A DNA stretch of 64,000 nucleotides. Source: a virus. The notes below the pieces were generated by a model that saw only the letters and a program-made list of their open reading frames with translations, made no database searches and was not told where the DNA came from. Positions 1 to 10,555 of the stretch are shown here, piece by piece; position 1 is the stretch's first letter; every line of letters begins with the position of its first letter. A program made the translations under genes and the position numbers. The stretch covers positions 32,001 to 96,000 of the IMG/VR virus record IMGVR_UViG_3300035696_000018; one strand, 5' to 3'.

Positions 1-2
1 CG

Positions 3-1874
3 GCATCGTATGTTCCTGCCACGGCGGTTATCGGGTCAGTTCAGTTTGCTACAAGTGCCTCGTGGGCATCGTGTAGCATTTCAGCTTCATGGGCAAAGTC
101 GGCTTCTCATGCTCTGTTGTCGGATTCGGCATCGTGGTATCCTCCACAACAGTTTCCAGCATCCGCTTCGTGGGCCTCCCGCTCACTCCAAGCGTGGTAT
201 TCAACTCGCTCCATTGATGTGGACACTCATGGGCCACAATACAATTTCCCATACTGGACAAGTAATACGCCTGGGGCAGGAAATGGAAATCTGAACCCAG
301 ATTCTCCGATTGTTTACTATCCATATTCTGGGGACACGGGGCTTCTAACCATTGATAGTGCGTCAACAGCTTTGATTTCCTCTTATCCATATCCAGCTCA
401 ACCATATTTTCAGGTATGGCAATATGGAGATAGAGCCAATGTTCCGTGGGGATTTGCTGGCGTCACTGGAATTCAATCAATTTGGCCAATTACGTCTCAA
501 ACGTTCATCGGGACTGACCAGAGAGATTGGTATTTCACTACATCTTCAACCCCTCATGCTGGATATGACCCTTACCTGCAAGTAACCAACAGTTATTTCT
601 CGGGAAGTGCGGGTGATTCAACCAGTGGGTCATTCTATACAATTCCGAATGCACCAGGGGCATTAGCATCCATTTTCAATGGTAAGTGGGTTCGGTTTGC
701 TGCTCGAAGCATAACTCCAGCGGCTATTCCAAATCCAGTACCACCACACGCCGCTATGGGAGAAATGTGGTCCAATGAAGACCAAATCATGAAGGGTCTC
801 ATTTCCATTCAGGTAGGGACTACTCTTGGTTCAGGAGGTTCTAATGCTTGGAATCAAGTTGATTTCTATGTTCATCAGAATCAATGGGGCGGTGGAATAA
901 GTGCCACGGTTCTTCACGCAAATACCTACGGGCCACAACTCATTCGTGCCATTCGACTTCATACCGCTGCACCAAATCACGACCCATCAATGTGTATTGA
1001 TGTTCTGATTGATGGACTTTACTCGGGTGGAGAAGCTCCAGGTTACTTGGGCGAGCCAGTCATGAGCGTAAAGGCACAGTCATGGCAAGGAATACGTTTC
1101 TTGAAATGGCTCAACGTTGACCCGTGGCCTTTCCAAGACACTGGAAGCAATGACATCACTCAAGATTCAACTCAACTGATTTTCCCTGCGGCACCTGGAT
1201 TCTATTCCAATGTTTCCAAGGCCATGAATTACTACGTTCAAGGAAAGAACGTGGTGATTTGGCCAAACGCAAATCAGTTGACTCAAAGCGGGGCATCAAT
1301 CCTTGCTCAAGCCAGCACCCAATCCCTCTTTGTCAGCGGGAACATCAATACCAACACGGCTTACTGTTGCGATAACAACGTTGGATTGACGACGCAAGTG
1401 GTTTATGGAACCAACAACTTGTATTTCTCGGGTGGTATTTTGATAGGAAAGTATCCTCCTGATGGTATGGTTACTCCTGCCGGAACTCCATGCGGTCAGA
1501 CTTTGAAGTACGCAGGCGGTCAAACGATGCCATTTGAACAAAACATCATCCTCGGCTCAGATACGGGACCAGTTATCGTGGCTTTCGACATGTATGATAA
1601 TCCAGACCGTTTGCAGGTATGGTTTGACGGCAACGTTGTTCATGATACTGGTTATCGTGGGGCACAGTCCTATGAGGCAACCCTCAATGCGGGGCTGACT
1701 GCTCACGGTTCGGCTTCGGAAACCCCGGCAACAATCATAAGCCCTGGTCAAGGAAACTTCACTTGGTATAAAAACTCGGCGACGACCTATGCCAAGATTC
1801 AAGTCTTCGCACCGGATGCTGGCACAGCCTGGAACTTTACCATGAGTTGCCCGAACCAGCCACTCCCGTCATAA
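3..1874 (+). CDS. tail fibre / virion structural protein, 5'-truncated by window edge
   Basis: The frame is open from nt 3 (ASYVPATAVIGSVQFATSASWASCSISASWAKSASHA...) with SASWA repeats and is Ser/Thr/Gly rich. The C-terminal FDMYDNPDRLQV...GTAWNFTMSCP domain recurs in 13540..18711. Confidence 0.6.
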   Translation, partial: ASYVPATAVIGSVQFATSASWASCSISASWAKSASHALLSDSASWYPPQQFPASASWASRSLQAWYSTRSIDVDTHGPQYNFPYWTSNTPGAGNGNLNPDSPIVYYPYSGDTGLLTIDSASTALISSYPYPAQPYFQVWQYGDRANVPWGFAGVTGIQSIWPITSQTFIGTDQRDWYFTTSSTPHAGYDPYLQVTNSYFSGSAGDSTSGSFYTIPNAPGALASIFNGKWVRFAARSITPAAIPNPVPPHAAMGEMWSNEDQIMKGLISIQVGTTLGSGGSNAWNQVDFYVHQNQWGGGISATVLHANTYGPQLIRAIRLHTAAPNHDPSMCIDVLIDGLYSGGEAPGYLGEPVMSVKAQSWQGIRFLKWLNVDPWPFQDTGSNDITQDSTQLIFPAAPGFYSNVSKAMNYYVQGKNVVIWPNANQLTQSGASILAQASTQSLFVSGNINTNTAYCCDNNVGLTTQVVYGTNNLYFSGGILIGKYPPDGMVTPAGTPCGQTLKYAGGQTMPFEQNIILGSDTGPVIVAFDMYDNPDRLQVWFDGNVVHDTGYRGAQSYEATLNAGLTAHGSASETPATIISPGQGNFTWYKNSATTYAKIQVFAPDAGTAWNFTMSCPNQPLPS

Positions 1875-1984
1875 GCATATACGTATCTACATGCAAAGCC
1901 CCCCCCCCGTATAGTGTCAATTTCAAGACAATATAAATAATAAAAATTCATCTAAACTGATTTCCGTAACCTATTTATATTGGT

Positions 1985-2896
1985 ATGAGAAATATAATTC
2001 AGTTTAGTGAGTGGAGCAGGATTTGTTCGTCTTGTCTGTCTCCGATTTATTACTCCAACAAATATAAGATGCGATATGGGGAAACCCACAATTCTGTCTG
2101 TAGTCGCTGCAAATATTCAAAAATTTCTGTTTCTCTTACAGGAAAGCATTTATCTGATGAACATAAACAATCTCTAAAAAGAGGATGGGAGCACAGAAAA
2201 GAAAATGGATATATCCACCCGATGTTAGGACGAACTCATTCCGAGGAAACTAAACGGAAAATGTGTTTGGCAAAACAAAAATATAATCCATTTCTCGGAA
2301 AGCATCATACACAAGAAACCCTACAAAAAATGTCTCACGCATGGAAGGAAACCCCGAGGGATATGCAAAAAGTGATAGATGCAGCACGCATTAAAAACAT
2401 AGGAAGATTGCATAATCAAATACACAAGGAAAAAATATCTTTGGCTTTGTGTGGGCATAAGTTATCCGATAATACTAAACAAAAAATATCAAGTAAAATA
2501 TTGGGGTTGAAACGTTCAGATTCCACCAAAGAAAAATTACGAATAGCAAAATTAAATCAACTAAAATCTCAAGGGATATGCCGTGGTTATAATCCAGTCG
2601 CCTGTCAGTTTATATCAGAATTTGGAAATAGGTATGGATATGATTTCCAACACGGAATGAATGGTGGGGAAGTTATGATAGCTGGTTACATGGTTGATGG
2701 TTATGACAAAAGCAAAAATATCGTATTTGAATATGATGAACCAAAACATGAAAATTTCAATAGGAAAATGAAAGATTTGGAAAGGATTAGCCGTATTATC
2801 CAAAGAGTGAATTGCAAGGTAATTAGATATAGTAAACGATACAACACGTTTTATTGGTCTTTTCCTGATAGGTCGGAGATATTTATAAAAACATGA
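1985..2896 (+). CDS. free-standing homing endonuclease (CxxC ribbon, NUMOD3 repeats, C-terminal PD-(D/E)xK/Vsr-like domain)
   Basis: GKHLSDEHK, GRTHSEETKRKM and GKHHTQETLQKMS NUMOD3 repeats; VDGYD..IVFEYDEPKH..DLER; AT-rich compared with flanks. Confidence 0.8.
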   Translation: MRNIIQFSEWSRICSSCLSPIYYSNKYKMRYGETHNSVCSRCKYSKISVSLTGKHLSDEHKQSLKRGWEHRKENGYIHPMLGRTHSEETKRKMCLAKQKYNPFLGKHHTQETLQKMSHAWKETPRDMQKVIDAARIKNIGRLHNQIHKEKISLALCGHKLSDNTKQKISSKILGLKRSDSTKEKLRIAKLNQLKSQGICRGYNPVACQFISEFGNRYGYDFQHGMNGGEVMIAGYMVDGYDKSKNIVFEYDEPKHENFNRKMKDLERISRIIQRVNCKVIRYSKRYNTFYWSFPDRSEIFIKT

Positions 2897-3894
2897 AATA
2901 TTTAATGTTTGACAAGATATTATTCGTTTCTGCTATGCTGCTCGCTTTATGCGGGGCATATTATTCTATCATCGGAATAGCAACTCTATTTAGTGGAGCA
3001 ATGCTCTCGGTAGGAATAATGGCGTGTGCAATAGAATTAGCGAAAATTTGTTCGGTGACATTTTTATATCGTTATTGGAATAAGACAAACAAAGTTATGA
3101 AGAACTATATGTGTATAGCATCTATAGTTTTGGTAATGATAACTTCGGTAGGAATTTCTGCATTTTTACTTGCTGCCTATCAGAAGTCATCCCTTGAATT
3201 CAAGGCGGGACAAGAGAGGATTGTAATGGTTGAGGGGCAGAAGACGTATCTGACCGACAAAATCGCCCAAGCCAAGTCTCGAATTGACACCCTGAACAAG
3301 ATGCGAGCATTGCAGGAAAGCCGTATGAATGAGTCACTTACGAATGCTTTCCTTACCCGAACTCCAATACAGTTCAAACAGTTGCAGGACCAAACGGCTG
3401 AGATGATTAAGACTGCCGATGCCAACATTGGCACTGAGCAGCAGACCATTCAGAAGACCACGGACGACATCGCCAAACTTGACCAGCAAGTGAATGAGAT
3501 GAAATTCGCCTCAGCCAACAAGAAGGACATTCGCACCTTTCAGTTCGTTGCTGACCAGTTTGGGACCACCCTCGACAAGGTAGCGAAATGGTTCATCTTC
3601 ACTATCATTTTTGTCTTTGACCCGATGGCAATCGCACTCATCCTTGCCTATAACGTGGTGACTTATCATAAACCAGAGGAACCAAAGGTGGAGTTAACCA
3701 AAGCGGAGTTTTTCGAAAAGTTGCCGATAGTTAATCCCCCCGAGGAATCAACCAACTCCGAAAATAAGGAAAAGGTGGAGATAGTTGATTCTCCATCAAA
3801 AGAGCCTGTGGCAGAGAATCCTGTAACTTCTACCTCGTCTTCCCCGTCTATAACCCAATCCAAACCTCAACCTCGTCCCAGTTGGTTGCAGTAA
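2893..3894 (+). CDS. membrane protein with coiled coil
   Basis: Three N-terminal hydrophobic helices, a coiled-coil region, a further TM segment (IIFVFDPMAIALIL) and a low-complexity tail. Confidence 0.6.
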   Translation: MKYLMFDKILFVSAMLLALCGAYYSIIGIATLFSGAMLSVGIMACAIELAKICSVTFLYRYWNKTNKVMKNYMCIASIVLVMITSVGISAFLLAAYQKSSLEFKAGQERIVMVEGQKTYLTDKIAQAKSRIDTLNKMRALQESRMNESLTNAFLTRTPIQFKQLQDQTAEMIKTADANIGTEQQTIQKTTDDIAKLDQQVNEMKFASANKKDIRTFQFVADQFGTTLDKVAKWFIFTIIFVFDPMAIALILAYNVVTYHKPEEPKVELTKAEFFEKLPIVNPPEESTNSENKEKVEIVDSPSKEPVAENPVTSTSSSPSITQSKPQPRPSWLQ

Positions 3895-3904
3895 ATAAAA
3901 TAAG

Positions 3905-3933
3905 TTGACGTATTGTTTGAGTTAGTATATCAT
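3905..3933 (+). promoter_or_regulatory. sigma70-type promoter upstream of the sigma-factor operon
   Basis: TTGACG-17 bp-TATCAT. Confidence 0.6.
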
Positions 3934-4018
3934 TGGAGGCGAAAAGTAAAAAAATCTACCTTTTCGTCTTGAAACCTATATGTATGCGACGGTTAGTCAT
4001 AGAAAGTCAACTGACAAT

Positions 4019-4156
4019 ATGGACCAATCAGACATCGAATACACATTGGAACTACTCAACGACGCCATCACTGAAAAAGATTGGGATAAGGTGGAGGAAG
4101 CTCGTGAAACCTTGAAAGAATTCTTGGACCACGAGGAACTTCCCTTGGAAGAATAA
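4019..4156 (+). CDS. small acidic hypothetical protein (45 aa, not in ORF track)
   Basis: MDQSDIEYTLELLNDAITEKDWDKVEEARETLKEFLDHEELPLEE*, abutting the next ATG at 4158. Confidence 0.6.
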   Translation: MDQSDIEYTLELLNDAITEKDWDKVEEARETLKEFLDHEELPLEE

Positions 4157-4157
4157 T

Positions 4158-4445
4158 ATGATTACACTTTTGACACTTGGTCTAGTTATCGCTTTGGTGC
4201 TTCTTCTCATTTCAGTCGCCATTATCAAACGGCTCATGGACCGCTGTGAGACCTACGAAGATTGGATACTAGACTTCAAAACAGATGTCATTGACACGTT
4301 GGAGCAGATGCGTGAAATTGACAAGTCGGCTGTCTTCTCTTCAAAACTCAACGACAAAGGAGTGTTTGAGTCTGACGACATAGTGGGTGGAGTTTTCAAG
4401 GAGCTAATGGACCTTGTTGATAAACTCAACCAACGAACCCAATAA
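4158..4445 (+). CDS. small membrane-anchored hypothetical protein
   Basis: N-terminal hydrophobic helix; TAATG coupling to the next gene. Confidence 0.6.
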   Translation: MITLLTLGLVIALVLLLISVAIIKRLMDRCETYEDWILDFKTDVIDTLEQMREIDKSAVFSSKLNDKGVFESDDIVGGVFKELMDLVDKLNQRTQ

Positions 4446-5350
4446 TGAGAAAACACAAAACGGTTACACGTCGTTCCCGAGCACCCAAACATCGTCGTAA
4501 GTTTCAACAAAGAACCTCCCGCAAGCAGCGAAGGCATTATAGCCGCAAGCCTGCTGTGAAGGTGATTCCTGTCGTAACCATTTCCGAGGAACCTATCAAG
4601 CTTCCCCGCAAACGACGCACCAAGAATGTGTCCCGCATGTACTTCACCCAGGAGACAGAGGACGCAATCATTCTATACAATCAAACCGAAGACATCGCTC
4701 TTCGAGAGCAAATCTTCCAAGACAAAATCCTACACCCGTTCCAAAAACTCGTAGAGAACGTCTTCAATACGTTCAAGTTTTCGTATTTTGAAACTGGCCC
4801 GCAGGATGTCCAGAAAGAATGCTTAACTCACCTTGTTGCCAACATGCACAAGTTTGACCCTTCCCGTTCAAGCAAGGCGAACCCCAAAAAGAAAACGACT
4901 GCTTTCGCATACTTTTCTATCATCGCCAAACACTATCTTATCCTCCTGAACAACACCAACTACAAGAAGTTCAACCAGAACATTGAAATCAGCGAGGAAC
5001 GGGACGAGAACACCGTCCAGCTTCAACAAGACGACAGATATTACGCCCAGCAAGAATTGACCGACTTCATCAAGCTTATCATTGACTTCTGGGAAAAGAA
5101 CGTCGGGAAAATCTTCACCAAGCAAAGGGATTTGAATATTGCCAATGCTGTGGTGGAATTGTTCCGAAATTCCGAGCGTATTGATGCCTTCAACAAGAAA
5201 GCATTGTACCTCTACATCCGTGAAATTGCCTCATGCAAGACCCAACAAATCACCAAGGTCATCAATCGCATGAAGCAGTATCATGATACAATTCAAAAGT
5301 CGTACGTAGAGCATGGCACCGTGAATACGGAGCGATACGCAACGGCGTAA
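4445..5350 (+). CDS. phage sigma factor, T4 gp55 (late transcription)-like
   Basis: YFTQETEDAI...DVQKECLTHL...KFDPSR...AFAYFSIIAK resembles sigma region 2 of gp55-like proteins; Arg/Lys-rich N-terminal extension. Confidence 0.7.
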   Translation: MRKHKTVTRRSRAPKHRRKFQQRTSRKQRRHYSRKPAVKVIPVVTISEEPIKLPRKRRTKNVSRMYFTQETEDAIILYNQTEDIALREQIFQDKILHPFQKLVENVFNTFKFSYFETGPQDVQKECLTHLVANMHKFDPSRSSKANPKKKTTAFAYFSIIAKHYLILLNNTNYKKFNQNIEISEERDENTVQLQQDDRYYAQQELTDFIKLIIDFWEKNVGKIFTKQRDLNIANAVVELFRNSERIDAFNKKALYLYIREIASCKTQQITKVINRMKQYHDTIQKSYVEHGTVNTERYATA

Positions 5351-5420
5351 GTAAGTACTGCCCAGTAAAAAGTGCCCTTTTGCCCGTGTAAATTCGGGTG
5401 AAAGGGCTATTTATGTACGT

Positions 5421-5804
5421 ATGGCTGACCTAGATTTTGAAGTTTTCGGAGGCAAGACCTTTAAGGACTTGTGCAAGGATGTTGTCGAGCGGTCTATGGC
5501 AAAGAAGGACCAGATAGACATCATGATTAGTGACCTCCGTTCTCTTATCAAGCAACCCAACGATGTTCAGGTCTTTATTCCTCGCATCAAAGAACTTCTC
5601 GAAGTGGGTGTGAAAAACGACGAGCAGCTTATCAAGCTTGCCGCAGTTGTTCAACGAATTGCCAGCAGTCAGATTGAAGTTTCTGGTGGTGAAGGTGCAG
5701 GGTTGACAGAAGCGGAGAAAGAACAGTTGCGAAAAAATCAGATGGCGGTGATTGATACTCTCAAAAGTATCAAAACAGAAACCGACCAACCAGTCCCCAA
5801 GTAA
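5421..5804 (+). CDS. hypothetical phage protein
   Basis: ORF preceded by the TATTTATG motif; phage-like codon usage. Confidence 0.6.
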   Translation: MADLDFEVFGGKTFKDLCKDVVERSMAKKDQIDIMISDLRSLIKQPNDVQVFIPRIKELLEVGVKNDEQLIKLAAVVQRIASSQIEVSGGEGAGLTEAEKEQLRKNQMAVIDTLKSIKTETDQPVPK

Positions 5805-5807
5805 CCT

Positions 5808-7394
5808 ATGGCTTATTGGAAAGGCAGTTCTAAAAACACAAGACCGCTGGATAGCTACGGTGTAGCCACGAGCCATACCGCAGGCGGCGGTGCTGGGCGT
5901 GAATTCCACGAGTTGGAGTTTGGCGTGGTCCTTGACATCGTGTTGGACCTCAAGCATCCCATCTTCACAAGTGCTAACACTCAACAAACTCGCATTGACA
6001 CTGACCGATGGCCCGTGGATTTGACAGATGCCCCGCCAGCCAAAGGAGACCCAGATTTGACATGGATTGGCCGTGCCCTTATTCGCCCTCTCGTCTCAGG
6101 GCAAATCATTGAAAAGGACCAACTCCGATGGGCATATCCGATGGAGACAAACTTTACGGAATACCCGCTCATCAACGAAACTGTCATTCTGTTCGAGCAA
6201 GACGACAAACTTTACTATAGCCGAAAAGTCAACTGCCGAAATTGGGTAAACAACAACCTCGATTTCACGATTGAGGGTGGAACGTCTGGACAATCCAACA
6301 TGGAATTGTTCACGAGGACACCATACACGGGGCGAATCCAAACGAATACGGATTGGAAAGCCGATTCTGGATACCACGGGTATGCAGGGAAGTATTTCTA
6401 TGGAAGCCCCAAGATGCGTACTTTGCACCGCTTCGAGGGAGACATTCTTGTAGAAAGCCGCTTCGGTTCCGAACTCCTGATGAAGGCATTCGATAAGAAC
6501 CGTGGAAACGATGTGGGAGACACAAAGTACCCCGATTACAAGAATAGCGGCAATCCAATGCTTATTCTTCGCAACCGTCAACGCCCATTGCTCAAAGTTG
6601 GGCAAACGCTTTCGTTGAAACACAGCCCGAATCCTGCGACAGTCGTGGGAACCGTTGAAGAGAAGAATGTCGGCGGGTATCTCGATGAGAATATCAATCA
6701 TGATGGGTCATCCATGTATATGACTTCGGGACTTACCATTAGCGAATGGGTAACGACCTGTTATAAGCGGATGTTTCATGACTCGAAGGATGAAGAAGTA
6801 GCCAAGTTTCGAGGGCCGAGCACGTTTGTATATCCAAATCCGATGAAGGGAGACCAGATTGTCATCAACTCCGACCGTCTTGTGCTTTCGGCTCGTTATG
6901 CTGAAATCCTTTCCTATTCCAAAAAGAGATACGGAATTTGCACCGACAACGAGTTCACGGTGGATGCACACCAGCAGATTGTGATGACAACCCATACCAA
7001 GACTGTTTTGAACTCGCCCGCCATTTATCTCGGGCAGTATGATGCCACAAACGAGCCAGTATTGCTTGGGCAGACAACTGTCAATTGGCTATACGAATTG
7101 TGCAATTGGCTACTGGCTCATACGCACTGGTATAAGCACTCCCACACGAATGCGGGGGAAGAATCTCCACACCAAACCCAAGTACCTGTTGAAGTTCAAC
7201 AACTGATACAGCTACGGGATAAGTTACACAAACTCATGAGCCGCCGTGTCTATGTAGTAGGCGGTGGGCTTGAGGCTGGCCAAGACGGGGCAAGTATCCC
7301 CGAGGGCACTCCACCCGTCAAGATTCAGGTCTATGACAGCGGTGCTGGGGCACCAGGAGGCTTTAAGGGACAAAACTATCGTCCGTCAGCCTAA
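5808..7394 (+). CDS. baseplate hub/spike protein (gp5/gpV-like)
   Basis: N-terminal OB-fold-like YPLINETV, GDILVESRFG, QIVINSDRL, a C-terminal HxH motif (HTHWYKHSH), and position before gp25. Confidence 0.55.
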   Translation: MAYWKGSSKNTRPLDSYGVATSHTAGGGAGREFHELEFGVVLDIVLDLKHPIFTSANTQQTRIDTDRWPVDLTDAPPAKGDPDLTWIGRALIRPLVSGQIIEKDQLRWAYPMETNFTEYPLINETVILFEQDDKLYYSRKVNCRNWVNNNLDFTIEGGTSGQSNMELFTRTPYTGRIQTNTDWKADSGYHGYAGKYFYGSPKMRTLHRFEGDILVESRFGSELLMKAFDKNRGNDVGDTKYPDYKNSGNPMLILRNRQRPLLKVGQTLSLKHSPNPATVVGTVEEKNVGGYLDENINHDGSSMYMTSGLTISEWVTTCYKRMFHDSKDEEVAKFRGPSTFVYPNPMKGDQIVINSDRLVLSARYAEILSYSKKRYGICTDNEFTVDAHQQIVMTTHTKTVLNSPAIYLGQYDATNEPVLLGQTTVNWLYELCNWLLAHTHWYKHSHTNAGEESPHQTQVPVEVQQLIQLRDKLHKLMSRRVYVVGGGLEAGQDGASIPEGTPPVKIQVYDSGAGAPGGFKGQNYRPSA

Positions 7395-7416
7395 ACACAC
7401 ACATATTTATAAGAGT

Positions 7417-8139
7417 ATGAAAAAGTCAGAACTCACACAACTCACACAGTTAATCGAGGTTCTCGTTGAACGAGAAATCAAGAAACAGCTTCCAAAGCTG
7501 ATAGGCGAAGTATTCCAGAACATGGTTGGGAAATCTATGGTCACTGAAAGGGTGATGGTTCCCGAGCGTGAGGACTACATTGCCAAGGAAATAGAAGCTG
7601 CGACAATCAAGCAAGACCCACACGAATTTCGTGCGTCTTTGAAGGAACTCTTTACGGGTGCGACTCCCGTAACCAGAGCAGAATTGGAAACTGGAGCACC
7701 ACCGCCGCCGCCGAGAGTGCCAAAGCATTATACCAAAGACCCAGTTCTGAATCAGATTTTGAATGAAACTACTGGCGACCTGCGTCAACGTGAAAGTATG
7801 ACTGGAATGGCGGCATTTCAAGGTGGATACAATCCAATGCCAGGAGCGACTGCCGTAGTGGGGGTTGGAGAAATGATGCCAGAGTCAGAAATGCCTGCAT
7901 TTGCCCGTAATATGCCGACAATGCCTCACCCCGCAGCCGTGAGCAAGGCTCCGAACATGAACATCCCCGTGTCTCAGCCGTCCACGAGCGATGGTCATGC
8001 CCCTATGGCAGCGTTACCACAAGGGCTTTCGGCTTTGGACGTAGCCAGAGCGGTGACGCCAGCACCCGTAGCAGAAGCAATGACAAACTTTGCACGTATG
8101 AGGGCAGTTCTCGAAGCGTCAAAGGGCAAGAGATACTAA
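7417..8139 (+). CDS. hypothetical late protein
   Basis: Start re-called to ATG 7417 (MKKSELTQL), 5 nt after TATTTATA. Confidence 0.6.
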   Translation: MKKSELTQLTQLIEVLVEREIKKQLPKLIGEVFQNMVGKSMVTERVMVPEREDYIAKEIEAATIKQDPHEFRASLKELFTGATPVTRAELETGAPPPPPRVPKHYTKDPVLNQILNETTGDLRQRESMTGMAAFQGGYNPMPGATAVVGVGEMMPESEMPAFARNMPTMPHPAAVSKAPNMNIPVSQPSTSDGHAPMAALPQGLSALDVARAVTPAPVAEAMTNFARMRAVLEASKGKRY

Positions 8140-8140
8140 A

Positions 8141-8569
8141 ATGCCAACAGTACCACTCATCAAAAATACACCTATTGGATTGTCTCTCCCGATTAGGGAT
8201 GGGAGCGTGGGATATTTTGAGCAAACAACCGATACATTCAATGCGTATCGGATGAATATCATCAATCTTCTACGAACAAGGCCAGGAGAACGTAGGCTAA
8301 ACCCTACGTTCGGATGTCGTTTGTGGAGTTTGGTATTCGAACAGAATGACGATTTCATCCCAAAAAAGGTTGAAAACATCATTCGGTCTGATGTAGCTCA
8401 ATGGATTCCAGGCGTAACCGTCAATTCGGTGCAAGTAAAATACCAAGATACTGACTCAAGTGTGGACTTGCGGGATATTTATAAACTATACATCATCGTC
8501 TCGTTCACCATTGATTCAATAAATGCGTCCGATGCGGTGGAGCTAACCCTCGACGTGAATAAGGTTTAA
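8141..8569 (+). CDS. baseplate wedge protein gp25-like
   Basis: NLLRTRPGERRLNPTFGCRLWSLVFE is the GPW/gp25 signature. Confidence 0.85.
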   Translation: MPTVPLIKNTPIGLSLPIRDGSVGYFEQTTDTFNAYRMNIINLLRTRPGERRLNPTFGCRLWSLVFEQNDDFIPKKVENIIRSDVAQWIPGVTVNSVQVKYQDTDSSVDLRDIYKLYIIVSFTIDSINASDAVELTLDVNKV

Positions 8570-8574
8570 GACAT

Positions 8575-10554
8575 ATGGCAACCACAGTACAAAAATCCTT
8601 TGCCCCAAACAGCAAAGACATTCGCTACCTCAATCGGGACTTTTCCCAGTTGCGGGACGCTCTCATTAACTTTGCCAAGGTCTATTACCCGAATACCTAC
8701 AAGGATTTCTCCCCCGCTGCCCCTGGCATGATGTTCATTGAACAAGCAGCCTACGTCGGTGACGTTTTGAGCTACTACACGGATTACGCTTTCAAGGAAG
8801 GCACCCTCCAAAGTGCAACGGAACGTAAGAACATCATTGCTCTTGCTCGCTATTTGGGATACAAAGTCAAGCCATCTTCCGCAGCAACGGGAATAGTAAA
8901 CTTGATGCAGCTTTGCCCATCCGCTGATGATGGCTCGGGGAATTACTACCCCGATTCCAACTACTTCCTTTCGGTTCAGGAAAATACACAGTTCTCCAAC
9001 ACCAATGGCTCGTACTTCATTTTGACCGCAGCCGTTGACTTCTCGGTGAGTTCTTCGCTATCACCAAGAATTGAAACGGTGTACTCCCGAAATAGCGACG
9101 GGACGCCACAATTCTTCTTGCTGACCAAGCAAGGTCCAGTAAGTTCTGGACAAATCATCAGCCGCCAAGTGACAGTTGGAAATCCATCTCCATACTTCAC
9201 GATTCAGTTGACCGAAGATAATGTCCTCGGGATTGTGGATGTTTATGATTCGGACAACAACCGATGGTACGAAGTGGACTACCTAGCACAAGGGTTGGTT
9301 CCAATCGCCATTCCAAACGATGCCGAATATGAAGGTTCGCTTTCGCAATACAAGGATTCGGTGCCGTACATCTTAAACTACCTCCAGACTTCTCGTAAAT
9401 TCATCACCACCGTTGATGAGAACAATCTGACTACAATTTCATTCGGGGCGGGAGTGGACGGAGTTGACGACGAGTTGGTGACGTTCGATTCAGACCTCAT
9501 TGGTGTGGGTCTCCAGAACATCTCGAATGTGAATGTTCCACTTGACCCGAGCAACTTCCTTTCCAACGAGAACTTTGGTATAGCACCGCAGAACACGACG
9601 CTTACTGTACGCTATCTGATTGGTGGTGGACTCAACTCCAACTGCCAAACGGACGAAATTCGGGACGTGGTGTCAGCCGTATTTGACAATCCAACGGAAG
9701 GATTACTTCCAGAGCAAGTTGACTTGCTCAACACGGTCAAAAACTCACTGGCTGTCACCAACCCGTCCCCATGCACGGGAGGAAAGGATGCGGAAACCAA
9801 CGACGAGATTCGCATGAACGCAATGGCGAACTTCTCGGCACAGAACAGAACGGTCACTCAAAACGACTATCTGGTTCGGCTGTATTCCCTCCCGGCACAA
9901 TTTGGCTCTATTGCCAAGGCCCAAGTCATTGCTGACACCAGCCTTCAAGCGGGAGTCAACAAGATTCTCGTGGGAATTGTGGACCAAAACAACATTGCTC
10001 AAGTCGTTGACAATAGCGATAACAACTACTTCCGTCGCATCGCATACGATAACACGAACCCGTTCGCCATCAACGTGTATATTTTGAGCTACGATGCCAA
10101 CAAGAACTTGGTCCCGCCAAATCAAGCGTTGGTGACAAACTTGATTACGTATATCAAGAACTTTCGCATGATTACGGATGGTGTAAACATCATTGATGGT
10201 TACATCATCAACATTGGAGTGGATTTCACTATCACGGTGTACAAGGGATACAACAAAAAGGACGTGTTGACGAACTGTATTCAAACCGTACAGGATTTCT
10301 TCAACATTGACAACTGGAATTTCTCTCAACCAATCAATCTGAGCCAGTTGCAGCTTGAAATTGCCAAGGTGGATGGCGTGCAATCAGTCGTGAGCGTAGA
10401 TATTTATAACCTGACAGCTTTGGACGGAAACTATTCATCGGTGCAGTATGACCTGGACGCCGCAACTAAAAACGGAGTCATTTATCCATCGGTGGACCCA
10501 AGCATTTTCGAGGTAAAGTACCCCGATAGCGACATTCGAGGCTCCGTATTATAA
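8575..10554 (+). CDS. baseplate wedge subunit gp6-like (baseplate J family)
   Basis: RDFSQLR...YKDF...AAYVGDVLSYY...LARYLGY; GGKDAET..EIR...QNRTVT..DY. Confidence 0.85.
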   Translation: MATTVQKSFAPNSKDIRYLNRDFSQLRDALINFAKVYYPNTYKDFSPAAPGMMFIEQAAYVGDVLSYYTDYAFKEGTLQSATERKNIIALARYLGYKVKPSSAATGIVNLMQLCPSADDGSGNYYPDSNYFLSVQENTQFSNTNGSYFILTAAVDFSVSSSLSPRIETVYSRNSDGTPQFFLLTKQGPVSSGQIISRQVTVGNPSPYFTIQLTEDNVLGIVDVYDSDNNRWYEVDYLAQGLVPIAIPNDAEYEGSLSQYKDSVPYILNYLQTSRKFITTVDENNLTTISFGAGVDGVDDELVTFDSDLIGVGLQNISNVNVPLDPSNFLSNENFGIAPQNTTLTVRYLIGGGLNSNCQTDEIRDVVSAVFDNPTEGLLPEQVDLLNTVKNSLAVTNPSPCTGGKDAETNDEIRMNAMANFSAQNRTVTQNDYLVRLYSLPAQFGSIAKAQVIADTSLQAGVNKILVGIVDQNNIAQVVDNSDNNYFRRIAYDNTNPFAINVYILSYDANKNLVPPNQALVTNLITYIKNFRMITDGVNIIDGYIINIGVDFTITVYKGYNKKDVLTNCIQTVQDFFNIDNWNFSQPINLSQLQLEIAKVDGVQSVVSVDIYNLTALDGNYSSVQYDLDAATKNGVIYPSVDPSIFEVKYPDSDIRGSVL

Positions 10555-10555
10555 T

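Noticed and set aside
1899-1908. C10 homopolymer as a phase-variable switch
   Set aside because: Intergenic, and not placed within a recognisable promoter spacer or CDS.
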